Source: Mytilus edulis (lineage: Eukaryota). From it: a DNA stretch of 64,000 nt. Shown here one piece after another: positions 12,756 to 25,322 of this stretch (positions are counted from its first letter, which is position 1; every line of letters starts with the position of its first letter). The DNA is taken from the NCBI RefSeq assembly GCF_963676685.1, contig NC_092347.1, forward strand, positions 90,148,001-90,212,000, in the 5' to 3' direction. The notes under the pieces are model-generated. The model saw only the letters and a list, made by a program, of their open reading frames with translations, was not told the DNA's origin and did no database searches. The translations under genes were made by a program, and so were the position numbers.

Positions 12756-14459
12756 TTTTTTACTCTTTTACTTAAAAAAAAAAAAAAAAAAAAAGAAAGA
12801 AAGAAAGAACAACCAGTTGAGAAAAGTTTGAATTGACCCATGATAAGAAAGATAATTTAAACGTTTAAATACAAAATATATCAAAATAAAACTAATAACT
12901 GACCTTCTACCTAACTAGGGATTGCCTCTTCTAGTAACTATAGGACGCCTCAAGTCAGGCAAAATATTATGAAATTTATCTTATATAGATTGAAGACACA
13001 CAGATGTAAAATGCAATGCTTCCTTATTTTGAATTCTTATAACGGGAATTTCTAATTCGTCATTGATAATTTTAGTGGATTTTCCAAATTTCAAATCAAT
13101 TTAGTCAGTGCAAATCCAACGATAATCCTTATCACCCACTTGTGTACATGGATGTTTTGTAAACGACCAAGGCATTTAACTCTGATTTTTAACAGAAAAG
13201 TAAAAAATCGAATGAATGTTTACGTTTTATAAGAAGTTATCAATATTTTATATCCAATAACAGATTTGACATCAGATAGACGTCTTCATTTTATTTCATA
13301 TTTTATAAAAATTGCTATTCATAGGTTTTGCAAAGACGAGTCAAAACATTTCCTTAATTAATAAAATATGCAGTTGTGTCCTTGACAATTACACCATATC
13401 TTCTTATTGTTATAATTACTGCAGAGTTTGTTACTCGACCTCAGAGGATCCAGTAGAATGGGACCCCGTGTCTGTAGTGCATACCCTTATATTTTAAAAA
13501 TTGCGTTTTTATGAGTGAGCTGTCTACATATTCCATTGTCATTTGGTCTCTAGCGAAGCGTTGTCTCATTAGCAATAATATAATTATACCTCATCATCTC
13601 ATTATTATATGTACATGTGATAAGATTATTTTTATTCTTTGTGATTCGAAATTGTTCGTGCTCTTTCTGAAAATCGAAAATGACAGAATTTTGTAAATGA
13701 CACCATTTGTCACTTTTAAAGAGTGTTTTACTTCACCTGCATTGTTGCCCGTTAGTAATAAATGATTCCCTGTAAATTATTCTCACTTTTTTAATTAACG
13801 TCCTTATTTTTTGTTGTTGTCTTACTTCAATGATTTGTAGCACTTATTAAAATGTTATTGAAACAAACTAAACAACAACAACAAAAAATAGTCGAAGGTT
13901 GAACCCTGTAGATAAATTTTGTTAATAAATGGCTTTTTAAATGACTTTTAATGCACAGTTTACATTTGTCATGTTTGGTCTTTTTATAGCTGACTATGCG
14001 GTATGGGCTTTGCTCATTGTTGAAAGCCGTACAGTGACCTATAGCTGTTAATTTCTGTGTCATTTGGTCTCTTGTGGAGATTTGTCTCATTAGCAATCAT
14101 ACCACATCTTCTTTTTATATTATGTTTATGTACCAAGAGAGCAATCTTATAAGTATGTTTGCTGTATGTTAATGTTTTTTTTTTTTTTTTTTTAAATGTA
14201 TAATTGTTGTTTCTGTTATTTAAACTTATAAAACGTTTGATTGGGAACATGTATATATTACACTACAATCACTAAAAACCATATGATGACCTCAAGCTAT
14301 CTTGGTTAACTTTTATACTTAGTATTTATCTAACGATATATTTAACGTTTATTCTTTTTTTCTATTTCATATGTATTTTTCAGCTATTTTTAAGTTTTAA
14401 ATTGGTTGTGATATACATTTAGCATCTTTCAAAAACGAAATCGATAGAAGTTTTATAAT

Positions 14460-15512
14460 TTATTCATGATTACTGTTATAATCAATTTTCAAGCCATCCC
14501 ATGTTATGCCATTTTCTCTTTGCTTGAATAAAATTGTCATTGGAAACAAGAAATTCAGTGCCCAGAAATCTCCAAATACAGAGCGGTAGTTCTGGTTTAA
14601 ACTGTTCTTCGATTTAACTTTTATTTTCTTTACAAATTCAAACATTGTCATATTTCTGGCTACGAACATTGTTTGTCCACTAAAATATATCATTCCAAAA
14701 ATGGCACACATCAACTCAAGATATAAATGTAAAATCAGCAACACTATATGAAAACTCATATTCTCTGTTCCAGATACCCACCGATAAAATGCAACAACAG
14801 GAATAAAATCCGTCCATGAGTATGGCGAATAAAACTCCTTCAAATATTCTACAGTGAAATAAAAACCCAAAGAACCAACCCAAATTGAATAAAATGCCCA
14901 CACATAAAAATAACGTTGATTTCTGAAACCGATACATGTTCCAGCAAAGTAACAATGGTGGTCACGTTTTAAGATGCATGTTTTACAAATGTCACAGTGG
15001 TGTGTTCTAGGTGGTATATCTATTTTACACTTTTCACAAAACGTAAAAGGTAGTTCTCCATTGTCGTGTTGAATATTCATAACTTCTGTCGCATGTCCAT
15101 TGGATAAAGTACTTTCGGAAGCATACGATTCGAAGTATTCCGGTGGATTTTCCCACCTTTCTTTCATGTGAACTGTCGGACTGTCACGAGTCTTTTGAAA
15201 GTCAGTACTATACAATACTGTGCAAAAATAGTTAATTAACCATTCCAGGCACAGAAAAACTGCTAGTACTTTCATCCAATACCGAGTCCATCCATCTTCA
15301 AAAAGTCCAGGCAGAATATAAACCAAGAAAACGTACAACTGTGTCGTTGACTGAAACGTAAACAAAATACGGCAAAATTGTTTGAAGGCTTTGGTACTCT
15401 CTGAACTTTTCTGGCGACGACTTTTAACTTTTTCCATGAAGGACAGTTCTCTGTACGGTTTGTCCGCAAGTTCTTCTTCTGGTTTAGACATATTTATTCT
15501 TACTGTTGCCAT
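14460..15512 (-). CDS. DHHC-type palmitoyltransferase (ZDHHC22/24-like), single coding exon, 350 aa
   Basis: Cys-rich domain CEKC...PPRTHHCDICKTCILKRDHHCYFAGTCIGFRNQRYF, several TM segments, C-terminal N-x-x-x-V-F-G motif. Acceptor TTTTTTCCAG 11 nt upstream of the ATG (15525-15524) indicates a 5'UTR intron. Confidence 0.93.
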   Translation of the reverse strand: MATVRINMSKPEEELADKPYRELSFMEKVKSRRQKSSESTKAFKQFCRILFTFQSTTQLYVFLVYILPGLFEDGWTRYWMKVLAVFLCLEWLINYFCTVLYSTDFQKTRDSPTVHMKERWENPPEYFESYASESTLSNGHATEVMNIQHDNGELPFTFCEKCKIDIPPRTHHCDICKTCILKRDHHCYFAGTCIGFRNQRYFYVWAFYSIWVGSLGFYFTVEYLKEFYSPYSWTDFIPVVAFYRWVSGTENMSFHIVLLILHLYLELMCAIFGMIYFSGQTMFVARNMTMFEFVKKIKVKSKNSLNQNYRSVFGDFWALNFLFPMTILFKQRENGITWDGLKIDYNSNHE

Positions 15513-16309
15513 TTTTCACTGGTCTGGAAAAAAACATATAAATTTAATGAAATGATAATTTTACTGAACTCGTTGCTTAGAACGATAACGAAACTTTTTT
15601 TACAGAAATGATACGTTTATATTATAGGTGTATGTTTAGTCTCAATCACGTGATACAGAAATGATACGTTTATAATATGGTTGTATGTTCAGTCTCAATC
15701 ACGTGACATGTGTCTGTTATATATACTAAAACGTTAGTGCCTACGATTATGTTTTAAATTGTTTTCTTTGTCAAATATAACTTTGCCATTGAATAATTTT
15801 GACAGTTATTATTATATAGCTCTTCAACTGTTTCGGTTCTTACACATTCTTGTCATTCAAATATTCGACATTAAGCGTTACTGATCATCTATATCAAGAA
15901 AAGCGCTTCGAAGGAAGGACATTTATAAAGTGTTGTTTCTAGTTTTTTATATCATGACGACGGTTTTGTTGATATGTTCGATTTTGATACAGATGTGTTT
16001 CAATCCCATTTTTCTGTAAACCCCTCTTTTATCATTTTATGTATGAAAAACTTAAATTAAAAAATAATATTTACAGTATCAGTAACTTTACTGCACCAGA
16101 TGTCATTTCGACAATTTATGTTTTTGTAGTCCCAAGATGTATGATATATTAAACAAAATACTATATACGCTTGAAAAGTTATAAAATAAAAAATGACCAA
16201 ACCTGGAAGCGGAACCAGGTTTATGCATGAGGCAGAAACATTTCTTATATTACAATGATTACCATATATAACAGTAAATGTCAATAAATTTTATCCGTTT
16301 AATTTATAG

Positions 16310-18243
16310 AAAGTACATCAGTACTCAGTCGGGTATTTGGCTTGCGATAACCACAGGAACTGACAGTCCTAGCAGGAACTGACAATACCTTAGTACTCAG
16401 TCGGGTAGTTGGCTTGAGATAACCGCAGGAACTGACAAACCTCGCAGAAACTGACAATACCTTAGTACTCAGTCGGGTACTTGGCTTGAGATAACCACAG
16501 GAACTGACAGTCATCGCAGGAAATGACAATACCTTAGAACACAGTCGGTTAATAGACAGGAACTGACAATACCTTAGTACTCAGCCGGATATTTGGCTTC
16601 AGATAACCACAGGAACTTACAGTCCACGCAGAAACTGACAATACATTAGTACTCAGTCGGGTATTTGGTTTGAGATAACCAGAGGAACTGACAGTCCTCG
16701 CAGGAAATGACAATACCTTAGAACACAGTCGGGTAATAGGCAGGAACTGACAATACCTTAGTACTCAGTCGGGTATTTGGCTTGATGTAACTGAAGGAAC
16801 TGACAGTCCTCACAGGAACTGACAATACATTAACACAAAGTCGGGTATTTGGCAGGAACTGACAATACCTTAGTACTCAGTCGAGTAGTTGGCTTGAGAT
16901 AACCGCAGGAACTGACAATACTTTAGTACTCTGTCGAGTCTTTGGCTTGAGATAACCGCAGGAACTGACAATACCTTAGTACTCAGTCGGGTAGTTGGCT
17001 TGAGAAAACCACAAGAACTGACAGTCCTCGCAGGAACTGACAATATCTCAGTACTCAGTCGGGTAGTTGGCTTGAGATAACCACAGGAACTGACAACATC
17101 TTAGTACTCAGTCGGGTAGTTGGCTCGAGATAACCGCAGGAACTGACAATACCTTAGTACTCAGTCGGGTATTTGGCCTGCGATAATCACAGGAACTGAT
17201 AGTCCTCGCAGGAACTGACAATATCTTAGTACTTAGTCGGGTAGTTGGCTTGAGATAACCGCAGGAACTGACAGTCCACGCAGAAACTGACAATGCCTTA
17301 GTACTCAGTCGGGTATTTGGCTTGAGATAAGCACAGGAACTGACAGTCCACGCAGAAACTGACAATACCTTAGAACACAGTCGGGTAATAGGCAGGAACT
17401 GACAATACCTTAGTACTCAGTCGGGTATTTGGCTTGATGTAACTGAAGGAACTGACAGTCCTCACAGGAACTGACAATACATTAGAACAACGTCGGGTAC
17501 TTGGCAGGAACTGACAATACCTTAGTACTCAGTCGAGTAGTTGGCTTGAGATAACCGCAGGAACTGACAATATCTTAGTACTCAGTCGGGTAGTTGGCTT
17601 GAGATAACCACAGGAACTGACAGTCCTCGCAGGAACTGACAATATCTAAGTACTCAGTCGGGTAGTTGGCTTGAGATAACCACAGGAACTGACAGTCCTC
17701 GCAGGAACTGACAATACCTTAGTACTCAGTCGGGTCGTTGGCTCGAGATAACCGCAGGAACTGACAGTCCTCACAGAAACTGACAATACCTTAGTACTCA
17801 GTCGAGTATTTGGCTTGTGATAACCGCAGGAACTGACAATACCTTAGTACTCAGTCGGGTAGTTGGCTCGAGATAACCACAGGAACTGACAGTCCTCGTA
17901 GGAACTGACAATATCTTAGAACTCAGTCGGGTAGTTGGCTTGAGATAACCACAGGAACTGACAGTCCTCGCAGGAACTGACAATACCTTAGTACTCAGTC
18001 GGGTAGTTGGCTCGAGATAACCGCAGAAACTGACAGTCATCACAGGAACTGACAAAACCTTAGTACTCAGTCGGGTAGTTGGCTCGAGATAACCGCAGGA
18101 ACTGGCAATACCTTAGTACTCAGTCGGGTATTTGGCTTCAGTTAACCGCAGGAACTAACAGTCCTCGCAAGAACTGACAATAGTTACCTTAGTACTCAGT
18201 CGGGTATTTGGCTGGCTTGAGATAACCGCAGGAACTGACAGTC
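16310..18243. repeat. Minisatellite, 72-bp unit with 51- and 39-bp variants
   Basis: Unit about CAATACCTTAGTACTCAGTCGGGTAGTTGGCTTGAGATAACCACAGGAACTGACAGTCCTCGCAGGAACTGA, with an internal 21-bp subrepeat. Accounts for ORFs 16299, 17108 and 17798. Confidence 0.92.
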
Positions 18244-18409
18244 CATCTGCAGATATTAAACTAATTAAATACATTCTCATAAATATATTTATTCCGTTTG
18301 GGTTTTTTTTCTGTAATTTCTTATTTCAGTTTTAATAGATAAAGAAGAAATATGACATATAGATTCAAAACAAAAAATCTATACAAGCCCATTACAAACC
18401 CAATAAGTA

Positions 18410-19340
18410 AAGTAGGTCTGTGTACTTGTTTTTAAATCGATTTTTTTTTCTTAACCTAGGATTTCTCCATATTTTTCTATGAATGAACTTTATCTTATAC
18501 TTAATAGAAAAATGAAATAAAAATATGGGGTCACCGTTTATTTACGCTCACAATCTGCCTCCGAAAGAAGCATACATTTTTGTAAAGGTACTTTTTTTCT
18601 GTTGAACTAATAGGAGAAATAGAGGTATCATCAAAATAAAAAAAAGAACTAAATTACAGAAATCGCTCAAATTTTCAACAGTTTAGTTTAAGTACAGCTT
18701 ATTTGAAAATAATAATAAAAAACATATAGGTCACCGATAAGTTAAAAAAAGATATTTCAATGTTAATGCCAAAAAGTTGCATTTTTGCACAAAAGGGAGA
18801 TAATTTGGAGCTTTTTCAATGATATATACATTTTAAACGTAATCTGGGGCCAAAAAGAATTGATTTTTTTGAATGATTTGTGTACCATATGATAAAGTTA
18901 CAACTAAAAAAGTAATAAATAAAATTTGTAATAAAAAAAATGTTTAATCTCTGTTTGAAATTTGTATACCCTCAAGTCTCCTTAAGGATGTTTTCGCTAC
19001 TCTGTTTCAAAATAACAAGCTTTTGAAGACTGTTATACATTGATAGTATATTGATAAAAAAATATATGCTAAAAAGTAGAAAAATCGAAGAGCCTGTATG
19101 CTTGTTTTTGAGATATAAGTTATTGAAAATTTGTTTTTTTACCATTTTTTTTTTGTCCAAATCCCTGTTACAACAACAGCATGGTACTTTTATAATAAGA
19201 CTGGCTCAGTTCAAGCTATAAATGAAATAGACATTTTGTATTGTAAAGTGGTATGTACTTCTACTGGACAATCTTCAAGTTTTCATTTTTGCATTTTTGC
19301 GAAAACGGTCGTTATTTCAGATTTCGCAAGTATATCTACA
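18410..19340. mobile_element. Two adjacent TTAA-associated (Kolobok-like) non-autonomous elements
   Basis: One end reads ...CCCTCAAGTCTCC-TTAA and the next begins GGATGTTTTCGCT at the shared TTAA (~18982-18985). The other ends are degenerate. Confidence 0.35.
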
Positions 19341-20028
19341 TTTTGTAGCTATATATGATAATAATAGTAAAACAAAACATTTTAAGGATAGAGGTTCTCA
19401 AATGAATGTATTGAATACATTGTGTCAGGTTCACACTTAAAATTTACGAAGTCGTCTTATAAATAACTGTTAGAGGTAAAAGGTGTGTATTATTTAAATG
19501 GATCGAAAGAAATAGACCAAAAAGTTTATCAAAAGAAAGGTTGACAAACCTTTTTATCTGATTAGTGTGTGGGTTATACAAGATCAACACTAATTTTCTG
19601 TGTTATTGTGCACATTTTTAATTATAATTTTCAATTTGGAACAATAAATGTTTCTGCACCAGATGCGAATTTCTCTAATTTTTGTGCTATTTTACGTCTA
19701 CAGGGTGCTTGCTGTCTTTATACACCAAACTATGCTTTTTATATATTTTATAGTTCGATTTCTGACATAATATAAAAGTTTGATAGGCAAACTGTATATC
19801 ATTAAAAAGTGGGCAAATTGATGAATGATATAACAGTACGAGAAAACTATTTGCATTGAATCATTGAAAAGGGTCTAACATATCTATCAGTTGATTGTTA
19901 CATTTCAATGATGATCATCGAATGCAAGACAGGATATATAAATGCGATAGCCCTGACATAAATGTAATACTATTAAAGTCGTGTATCATTAACGGGTATA
20001 TTTAGTTCAACACTTTTGATAGAAGAAG

Positions 20029-20182
20029 CAGTGGCGGATCCAGAAGTTTTCATAAGTGGGGGCCCACTGACTGCCTAAGAGGGGGCCCGCTCCAGTCACG
20101 CTCCATGATTCCCTATATAAGTAACCAATGTTTTTCCAAAAAGGGGGACCGGGCCCCCTGCCCACCCCTAAATCCGCCTCTG
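20029..20182. mobile_element. hAT-like MITE
   Basis: TIRs CAGTGGCGGAT / ATCCGCCTCTG, GC-rich interior, partial flanking duplication AGAAG. Confidence 0.6.
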
Positions 20183-23100
20183 AGAAGTGCCATAATTGTA
20201 TGGTTTAGTATTCATGAATAGAGCAAAAGAAGGCCCTCATTTTAGTCAGGTTAACTTACAGATAACATTCCACTGAAGTTAAAAATAGATCTAGGCATAA
20301 AACATGAAAGAGCAGGTCTTACAAGGAAGAAAAACGTTGTCATCTTCGATCGTAATATTGCTATTTAATCTGAATGTATAATTAAGTATGGGGTAATACA
20401 CGGAACACTAAATAACTTACTTTATTTGGCACGATGATTTCAATCCGAGGAAGAGTTGAATTTCTGAAGGTGATCAAAAAGAGAAACCATCAAATGTATA
20501 CTATTTGTTTATCTAGCAACACACCTTAACAACCAGGGGCCTGTTATTCAATTTATCGTAAATTTAATGCAAGTAGTATTGCTAATCATCAGTAATACAA
20601 GCTTTGCTTTTTAATTTTTTTTGCTGTACAATTTTTAATCATTATATTAAGCTAAACGACAAGTTGAACAACGGACCACAGGTAAATTTCTTTTTTTGTT
20701 CATTGTTAGTATAATAAAATACATTAAACAAAAATATCGACACAACTGTCATGCGCATTTGTAAATATCTACATTTTTCAGGTCATTAACCTACCCTTTA
20801 AAAATCCAAATATGTAAATATGAATAAAAAAATAATACAAAACTTAAAGTAAGGTGATGAAATGGAAAATATATTAACGCCACCGAAAAAAAGGAACAGA
20901 GTGTCATCCGATAAATAATACTTTTTATTGCTGAATCGTAAAAAATATTGTGACAGCAAGACCACTTTTAGAAGTGGAAAATTACAATTTTAACTTGGAT
21001 TATTTTTTTTTAAAGGTGAGGTGCATTCCCGGCAGGGGGAGGGGCAAGCGACTGTGATATTTTTTTTAAAGTTTCAATTTGTCTGGTACAATTTTCAAGT
21101 TAATATGAGGCAAAAAATGCAATAAAATGTAAAAAATTACTATTGAAGACAATTACTCCAACAACAAGTCGACTGAAGATTTCGGCCATTATAACTTGTA
21201 TTGCTGATCATTTGTACTATTTAAAGTTTCTATTTCTCTATTACAGTTTTCAAGGCAAAAATGAAAAGAAAATGTGAAAAATCGTCAACGAAGGACTATA
21301 ACTTCAATAAGGAGTCGACTGAAGATTTCAGCTATGTTGACGTATTTGTTGATCCTGTCAAGCTGATCATTTTTGCTTTTAAATGATTCCATCTGTCTAG
21401 TTTAGTTTATATGATATTAGGCAATAGCACCAACACATTGTAATCAAAATACTGAAGTACTGAACATCGGATGACCGCAGGTTCTTGTAGATACTCACAA
21501 GCTCTTGAAAGTGAGGTTAATGTACAGATATATTTTTTTCTGAGACAAGTTCGTGCATGGAAGATAAATAAATGACAGGGAAATCAACCTCATCATAATA
21601 ACTATTATAACGTACTGATACAAATCAGTATACTCTGGTTTGTTGTTATAAAATACTATATTAATATTTGTATATTACAGCTACGTGTATATATAATTTT
21701 CATCCTTGTCTTGTTGATCATTATTGCTATTGTCTGTCTATCATAATTTTCGAGATAATACGCAACATTTTTAAAATGGTAAAATTTGTTATTCAATGAC
21801 AATAAGTCCGTAATAAGTCGTCTGATAATTTAAAAGTATAGAAAGAGCTCATCATTTTTGCACCTGTCAGATTTTCTCTATTTTTAGCGGTTTGCAAAGT
21901 AATAGGCAAAACTTGCATTTTACCCCATATGATTTTTTAGCCATGTCGGAAATCTTGGTAGGCTATGACACAGGACACATTTTTTTTTTAAACTAGATAC
22001 CCCAATGATGACTTTGACCAAGTTTGGTTAATTTTGGCTTAGCTGTTACTGTTTGAGATGAGAAAGTTTTTGTAAAAATTAGCAGACGATGACGGACGAA
22101 GGACGCCAAGTGAAGAGCAAGGTGAGCTACAAAAAAAAAAGCTGAATTCAGATTCTCGTAAATTGTTTTTCATTTACATTTCGGGGCCTTTTATAGCTGA
22201 ATATGTGGTATCGGTTTTGCTCACTGTTGAAAGCCGTTCGGTGACTTGTAGTTGTTAATTTCGGTGTCATCTGGTCTCTTGAGGTAAGTTGTTTCATTTG
22301 CAATTATACCACATATTCTTATAATTATATAATCGTGATGATTTATGATATATATACGTAATCTCCCTTTGTGTATCGGATGTCCTAAACAGAAACGTCT
22401 ATTCCGACCAAACCGTCATGAAACCAGAATGATTCGAACTGTTCAGGTCTATGAGCTAGCTCTCAAAACTGCTTGTATTCTTTGCTATGGTCAATTTTGT
22501 TATTGTATTTTTTGTATCATGTTTGTTAATTGTTAAAATATATTTGAGTTTATATTTTCTGTTTTATTATAGAATTAAGTGCTGGATATTTTTTAGTTGT
22601 CTGTAAATGTAATTTTTTCTGTCTATTGATAGGGAGGAAAACGGGAAGGACTGAAATCTCAAAACATTATCAAACCCCGCCACATATTCATGTACATGTC
22701 CATAATCCGGAGCCTCGTCAGATGTTGTCTCATGTCATACTTTATTAGTATTGTTGTTTTGGAAAATTTGTTGTTCATTGCAGATCTCTAAAGTTTCTGC
22801 TTCATATACATACACTTGTTTTAGACTCGGTGCGATAGCATGGCTTATTATATACACACACGTTTGTTGTGATGACTTTAATATGTTATCTGTCAGCTGT
22901 CTTATAATTTGTTTATGATATCTTACATATCCCCTGTATTCATACATATATAGAAATATTTAAAATTTAAAGAGTTCATTTCGTCTACTCTATGCACGCA
23001 CGAACTTATATTCCACCCCACTTCGGGCTACGAAATTACCGTGATGTTTTCGCCATCTGAGTTACAATTATAAAACCTCTTAACAGTTATTGTATGACTA

Positions 23101-23209
23101 ATGTAGAAGCTGAAAGTGTTTTTTCCTAAATTATTTAATTAAACGATTTTTCTCCAATAGAAGTATGTCTTCTCAAAAACATACTGAATCATATTTTAAC
23201 AGGAACTCC

Positions 23210-23857
23210 TTAAACTATTGATGGTGGCGGTCGGGCAGGAGTAGTTGGTGCTGGTGATGGTGTGGCAGGACTACTCGGGCCTGGTGATGGTGGTTGTGTG
23301 GCAGGACTACTCGGCCCTGGTGATGGTGGTTGTGTGGCAGGACTACTCGGGCCTGGTGACGGTGGTTGTGTGGCAGGACTACTCGGGCCTGGTGATGGTG
23401 TTTGTGTGGCAGGACTACTCGGGCCTGGTGATGGTGTTTGTGTGGCAGGACTACTCGTTGGGACTTCTGGTGGTGGTGGGGCAGGAGAACTCGTTGGTAT
23501 AGATGGTAAAGGTGGTGTTGTACCCTGAGGTGGTTCACCAGATGAACATGTGAGCGTTGTACAAGTGAACGTTGGGACGCTGTTAGTATTATATTTGAAA
23601 ATGAATGTCATGGTATATTGCTGAACGGCCATTTCTTCTGTATTAATAGCATACACATCTTTAATTGGTTTTGGACCACGTCCTCGGCCGCCTCCTTGTT
23701 TTCCTTTACGACCACCTCGTTTTCCTTTACGGCCACCTTTTTTACCGCCCTTCTTTCCTCCTCTCATTTTCTTATTGCCCATTTCAATGGTACTGCCAAG
23801 TTCTTCAATTCTGTTATTTCCACGACGTCGTGCTAATACACTGAATGGTTCTTCCAT
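23210..23857 (-). CDS. Coding exon 2 of a 407-aa secreted low-complexity protein (Gly/Lys/Arg-rich insert, Pro/Ser/Thr tail)
   Basis: Acceptor TTTCTTTTTATATCAATATAG directly before codon 1 (23859-23858), phase 0, joins GFE|MEEPF. 12-aa repeats (T/P)PSPGPSSPATQ, stop TAA at 23212-23210. Confidence 0.85.
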   Translation of the reverse strand: MEEPFSVLARRRGNNRIEELGSTIEMGNKKMRGGKKGGKKGGRKGKRGGRKGKQGGGRGRGPKPIKDVYAINTEEMAVQQYTMTFIFKYNTNSVPTFTCTTLTCSSGEPPQGTTPPLPSIPTSSPAPPPPEVPTSSPATQTPSPGPSSPATQTPSPGPSSPATQPPSPGPSSPATQPPSPGPSSPATQPPSPGPSSPATPSPAPTTPARPPPSIV

Positions 23858-24746
23858 CTATATTGATATAAAAAGAAATGAAATTAATACTCCGACGACA
23901 ACGAACATATTTACACCTCTGGACAGTCGTTGACAAGTTTAATAAGAGGGGTTTGATTGGCTTAACCAGCTGAGAACTTAAAGCTGAGCTATAAATAGAA
24001 ATATTATGAATGCAGGCCTAGTAACATGCAGTACGGATACCTTAATAGTAATTAGATATAGACTATCAACAATTAGATGATAAATTAAAATTCAATATTT
24101 TCCGACGCCAATAGATGAAAAGGGTTACCACCTTCATAATGTACACATGCCTACCTATATGACGATATAATTCATTTTTGGGGGCCTTTATCTTGCTCTT
24201 CGGTGTGAGTCTAGGCTTCGAGTTGAAAAACGTACTTTGACCTACATGTGTTTAATGGATTACTTTTACAAAGTGTGATATTGATCATAATGGACAGTTG
24301 TCTCATTAGCACTCATACCAGTTTTTCTTATATCTATTTATTTTAGGGGATATGCAAATGTAACGCACTTTCTTAGTCTTTTTGTTTTTAGTATACGAAA
24401 AATCATTCTCATGTAAATACAGGAATTGAGTATTAAGTCAGTTGAACTGAAAAATTCCCCAAAATATTTAATGATAAAAAAAAATCGCATTATAGAAAGA
24501 AGGAAGTCCATAGACGAAGGGAACACTATCTAAGAAACCAGAAGGCAAAAAAGAAATAAAGACGAAAATAACATGTCAGTAAACAAAAAAAGCACGATAC
24601 AGATTAATGAAATAAGGAAACTTATGTGAGTTTCAACATAAAAACTTTCGTTTTTTTATTTTTTTTAACCCAATCGTTTCTTTACTATTCAAGTTTTCAT
24701 TTCATGCATTAATACTTTCTTTTTTTAAAGTGATAAAAATTTATAC

Positions 24747-25322
24747 CTCGAAACCCCATATTGTTTCAGAAAAGCTAATTTTAGCGATGAAATCTCCCTC
24801 TCCTGTTGTTGTGGACACATCAAATACACAAGTTTCTTCTTTCTCAGCAGTTTCTTCTTCATCAGGGCAATCTTCATCGAATTCAACATCTTCATCAAAT
24901 TCAACGTCTTCATCAAATTCAAAATCTTTGTCGAATTTATCAAATCCGAAATCTTTATCCTCTTTATCAAATTCAAAATCTTTATTTTCTTTATCAAATC
25001 CAAAATCTTTATCGTCTTTATCAAATTCAAAATCTTTATTTTCTTTATCAAATCCAAAATCTTTATCGTTTTTATCAAATCCAAATTTTTTGCCAAAACG
25101 ATGTTTAGAAAATTTCGTTTTATCAACAAGGTTATCATCAACGTCATCAATGGAGCTTAAATCAGACTGACTCAAATCTAGACCATCAACATCATCAAAA
25201 ATGTCGGGAAGGTCGTCTAGTTCTTTACTATCTCTACCATTTTGGTCATCTGTGTTTAGTGGGTTATTAGGTTTGCAATGGCACCCAAGTGCAATAAGCA
25301 CTACAATCAATATTATTCGCAT
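24747..25322 (-). CDS. Coding exon 1 of the 407-aa secreted protein (signal peptide plus Asp-rich KDF(G/E)FDK repeats)
   Basis: Signal-like MRIILIVVLIALGCHC, acceptor TTTTTCAG 1 nt before the ATG (25325-25324), donor GAG|GTATAA at 24746 in phase 0 with exon 2. Confidence 0.85.

Noticed and set aside
13420-13497. Possible isolated plus-strand terminal exon after CTGCAG
   Set aside because: Weak polypyrimidine tract, no partner exon and no recognisable product.
16299-18055. Repetitive ORFs (VSSCGYLKPTTRLSTKVLSVPART)
   Set aside because: Translations of a minisatellite with frequent frame breaks and no splice or signal evidence.
16310-18243. CRISPR-like appearance of repeats with variable intervals
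   Set aside because: The intervals are variants of the same repeat rather than unique spacers; eukaryotic context and no cas genes.
23215-23538. His-rich, VVWQDYSG and GPGDGGC repeat ORFs
   Set aside because: Alternative-frame or antisense shadows of the 36-bp Pro/Ser repeat exon, which has the valid splice acceptor.
24725-25170. IKILDL, SLSNPK and YQIQNL repeat ORFs
   Set aside because: Shadows of the 27-bp repeat in the signal-peptide-bearing frame.
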